Shown here in pieces: positions 62,743-64,000 of a stretch of 64,000 nt of DNA. This DNA comes from Candidatus Abawacabacteria bacterium (lineage in GTDB: Bacteria; Patescibacteriota; Gracilibacteria; RBG-16-42-10), in NCBI GenBank assembly GCA_016207805.1, contig JACQZO010000020.1, forward strand, positions 35,634 through 99,633, read 5' to 3'. The notes beneath the pieces are model-generated. The model saw only the letters and a list, made by a program, of their open reading frames with translations. It did no database searches and was not told the origin of the DNA. A program made the position numbers and the translations under genes. The stretch's first letter is position 1; each line of letters starts with the position of its first letter.

Positions 62743-62773
62743 TTATGTTACTTTTTCGCTGAATATCTTTCCT

Positions 62774-64000
62774 ATGTACCAAACAGCCTTAACTATTATC
62801 CAAAGACTACATTCCAGCGGTTTTGAGGCTTATCTAGCTGGCGGTTGTGTGCGTGATATTTTGCTCAAAAAAGAGCCTAAAGATTATGACATCGTTACCA
62901 ATGCTTCCCCAGAACAGATAGAATCATTATTTGCTGACAAAAGCCGCGCTATTGGCAAACATTTTGGTGTGATGCAGGTGAAAGAGAATGGTCATCATTT
63001 CGAAATCGCTACTTTTCGTTCCGATAGCAGTTATAGTGATGGTCGTAGACCAGACTTTGTCACTTTTACCTCGGCAGCAGAAGATGCCAAGAGACGCGAC
63101 TTTACTATCAATGGTCTCTTCCTCAATCCTTTCACTAACGAAATTAAAGATTTTGTTGGCGGTCAAATAGATATTAAGGAAAGACTGATCCGTTTTATTG
63201 GCAATGCAGAAGATCGCATCAAAGAAGACTATTTACGCATTCTCCGAGCAGTCAGATTTAAAAATCGTTTAAACTTCCGTTTTGATCCGGCTACTTTTCA
63301 AGCCTTACGAAGCAATGCTGAGCTATGCCGCAAAATTGCTCCCGAAAGAATACGGGATGAACTCAACAAAATGTTATTGCATCCTAATCGTATCCAAGCA
63401 ATCCAAGATCTAGCTGAACTGAATATTTTGCCGATTATATTACCTGAAATAGCTAAGCTCAAAGGGATTACTCAACCATATGAATATCATACTGAGGGCG
63501 ATGTATTCGAGCATACATTATTAGCCTTAAAAAGTATCAAGTCACAGCGTAACTTAGCCTTAATCTGGGCCACGCTATTACATGATGCCGGTAAGGCAGA
63601 AACCTACCAGGTCAAAGAGCGTATCCGTTTTGACAGTCATGCTGAGCACTCGGCTAAAATAGCTAAAGATATTCTCAGCAGATTACACTTTCCAAACAGT
63701 TTTATCGCTGAAGTATGCTTTCTGGTGCTACATCATATGATGTGGGTAAGCTTGCGCGACATGCCAGATAGTAGAAAACAACATTGGATTTTCGGTCCTC
63801 ATTTTGCCAATTTATTACGCCTATTCAAAGCTGATGCTAGCGGCTCAAAACCCCTTGACTTGAGCCTCTATCAAGAAATAAAATTGATTGTCCAGAAGAT
63901 TAAAACCCAATACAAAAAGCTGCCACGGCCTTTACTCGATGGACACATAATCCAAAAAGAATTAAAGTTGGCACCAAGCCCATTGATTGGGCAATTACTT
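62774..64000 (+). CDS. cca: CCA-adding tRNA nucleotidyltransferase (3' end outside window)
   Basis: Absent from the ORF track because there is no stop in the window. ATG at 62774, open for 409 codons to the window edge. Translation MYQTALTIIQRLHSSGFEAYLAGGCVRDILLKKEPKDYDIVT..RRDFTINGLF, later an HD-type segment HTEGDVFEHT..LLHDAGK. Confidence 0.9.
   Translation, partial: MYQTALTIIQRLHSSGFEAYLAGGCVRDILLKKEPKDYDIVTNASPEQIESLFADKSRAIGKHFGVMQVKENGHHFEIATFRSDSSYSDGRRPDFVTFTSAAEDAKRRDFTINGLFLNPFTNEIKDFVGGQIDIKERLIRFIGNAEDRIKEDYLRILRAVRFKNRLNFRFDPATFQALRSNAELCRKIAPERIRDELNKMLLHPNRIQAIQDLAELNILPIILPEIAKLKGITQPYEYHTEGDVFEHTLLALKSIKSQRNLALIWATLLHDAGKAETYQVKERIRFDSHAEHSAKIAKDILSRLHFPNSFIAEVCFLVLHHMMWVSLRDMPDSRKQHWIFGPHFANLLRLFKADASGSKPLDLSLYQEIKLIVQKIKTQYKKLPRPLLDGHIIQKELKLAPSPLIGQLL

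Noticed and set aside
1-64000. Alternative genetic code (UGA recoded, as in some uncultivated lineages or mollicutes)
   Set aside because: Several well-aligned family members and housekeeping genes end at TGA exactly where homologs end (for example 633-635, 20386-20388, 62657-62659), and no family ORF is interrupted by an in-frame TGA.

Overview
AT-rich bacterial window that uses the standard genetic code (TGA serves as a stop) and has almost no Shine-Dalgarno sequences. Positions 1-43998 hold a same-strand tandem array of 20 deeply diverged but intact paralogs (19 complete, 535-575 aa; one cut by the window edge). They encode a cysteine-rich protein I cannot assign to any characterised family. 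Each copy has related zinc-ribbon-like modules at its N and C termini, an internally duplicated CxxC-rich core and a GEWGEFFP..YNE..FPL segment. The array is interrupted by a RelE/Phd toxin-antitoxin pair, small membrane proteins, a TrmB regulator, SRPBCC and VOC genes, two four-helix-bundle (23S rRNA IVS protein family) genes and several orphan ORFs that look more GC-rich by eye. Positions 44-64 kb are mostly housekeeping: tRNA-Ser and tRNA-Tyr, ABC-F, msrB, ogt, nitroreductase, dnaG, an rpoD ORF fused in frame to an adenylate kinase, PGM/PMM, holB-like, mutS, mutL and a partial cca. Most of the longer intergenic spacers, and a few of the shortest, are built from 7-nt-periodic repeats. These often form a stop-proximal purine-rich arm and a complementary start-proximal pyrimidine-rich arm. 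Two such inverted repeats bracket the four-helix-bundle genes, and heptamer-derived sequence also lies in frame inside array member 7 and the mutL linker. Repeat coordinates are hand-read and may be off by 1-2 nt.
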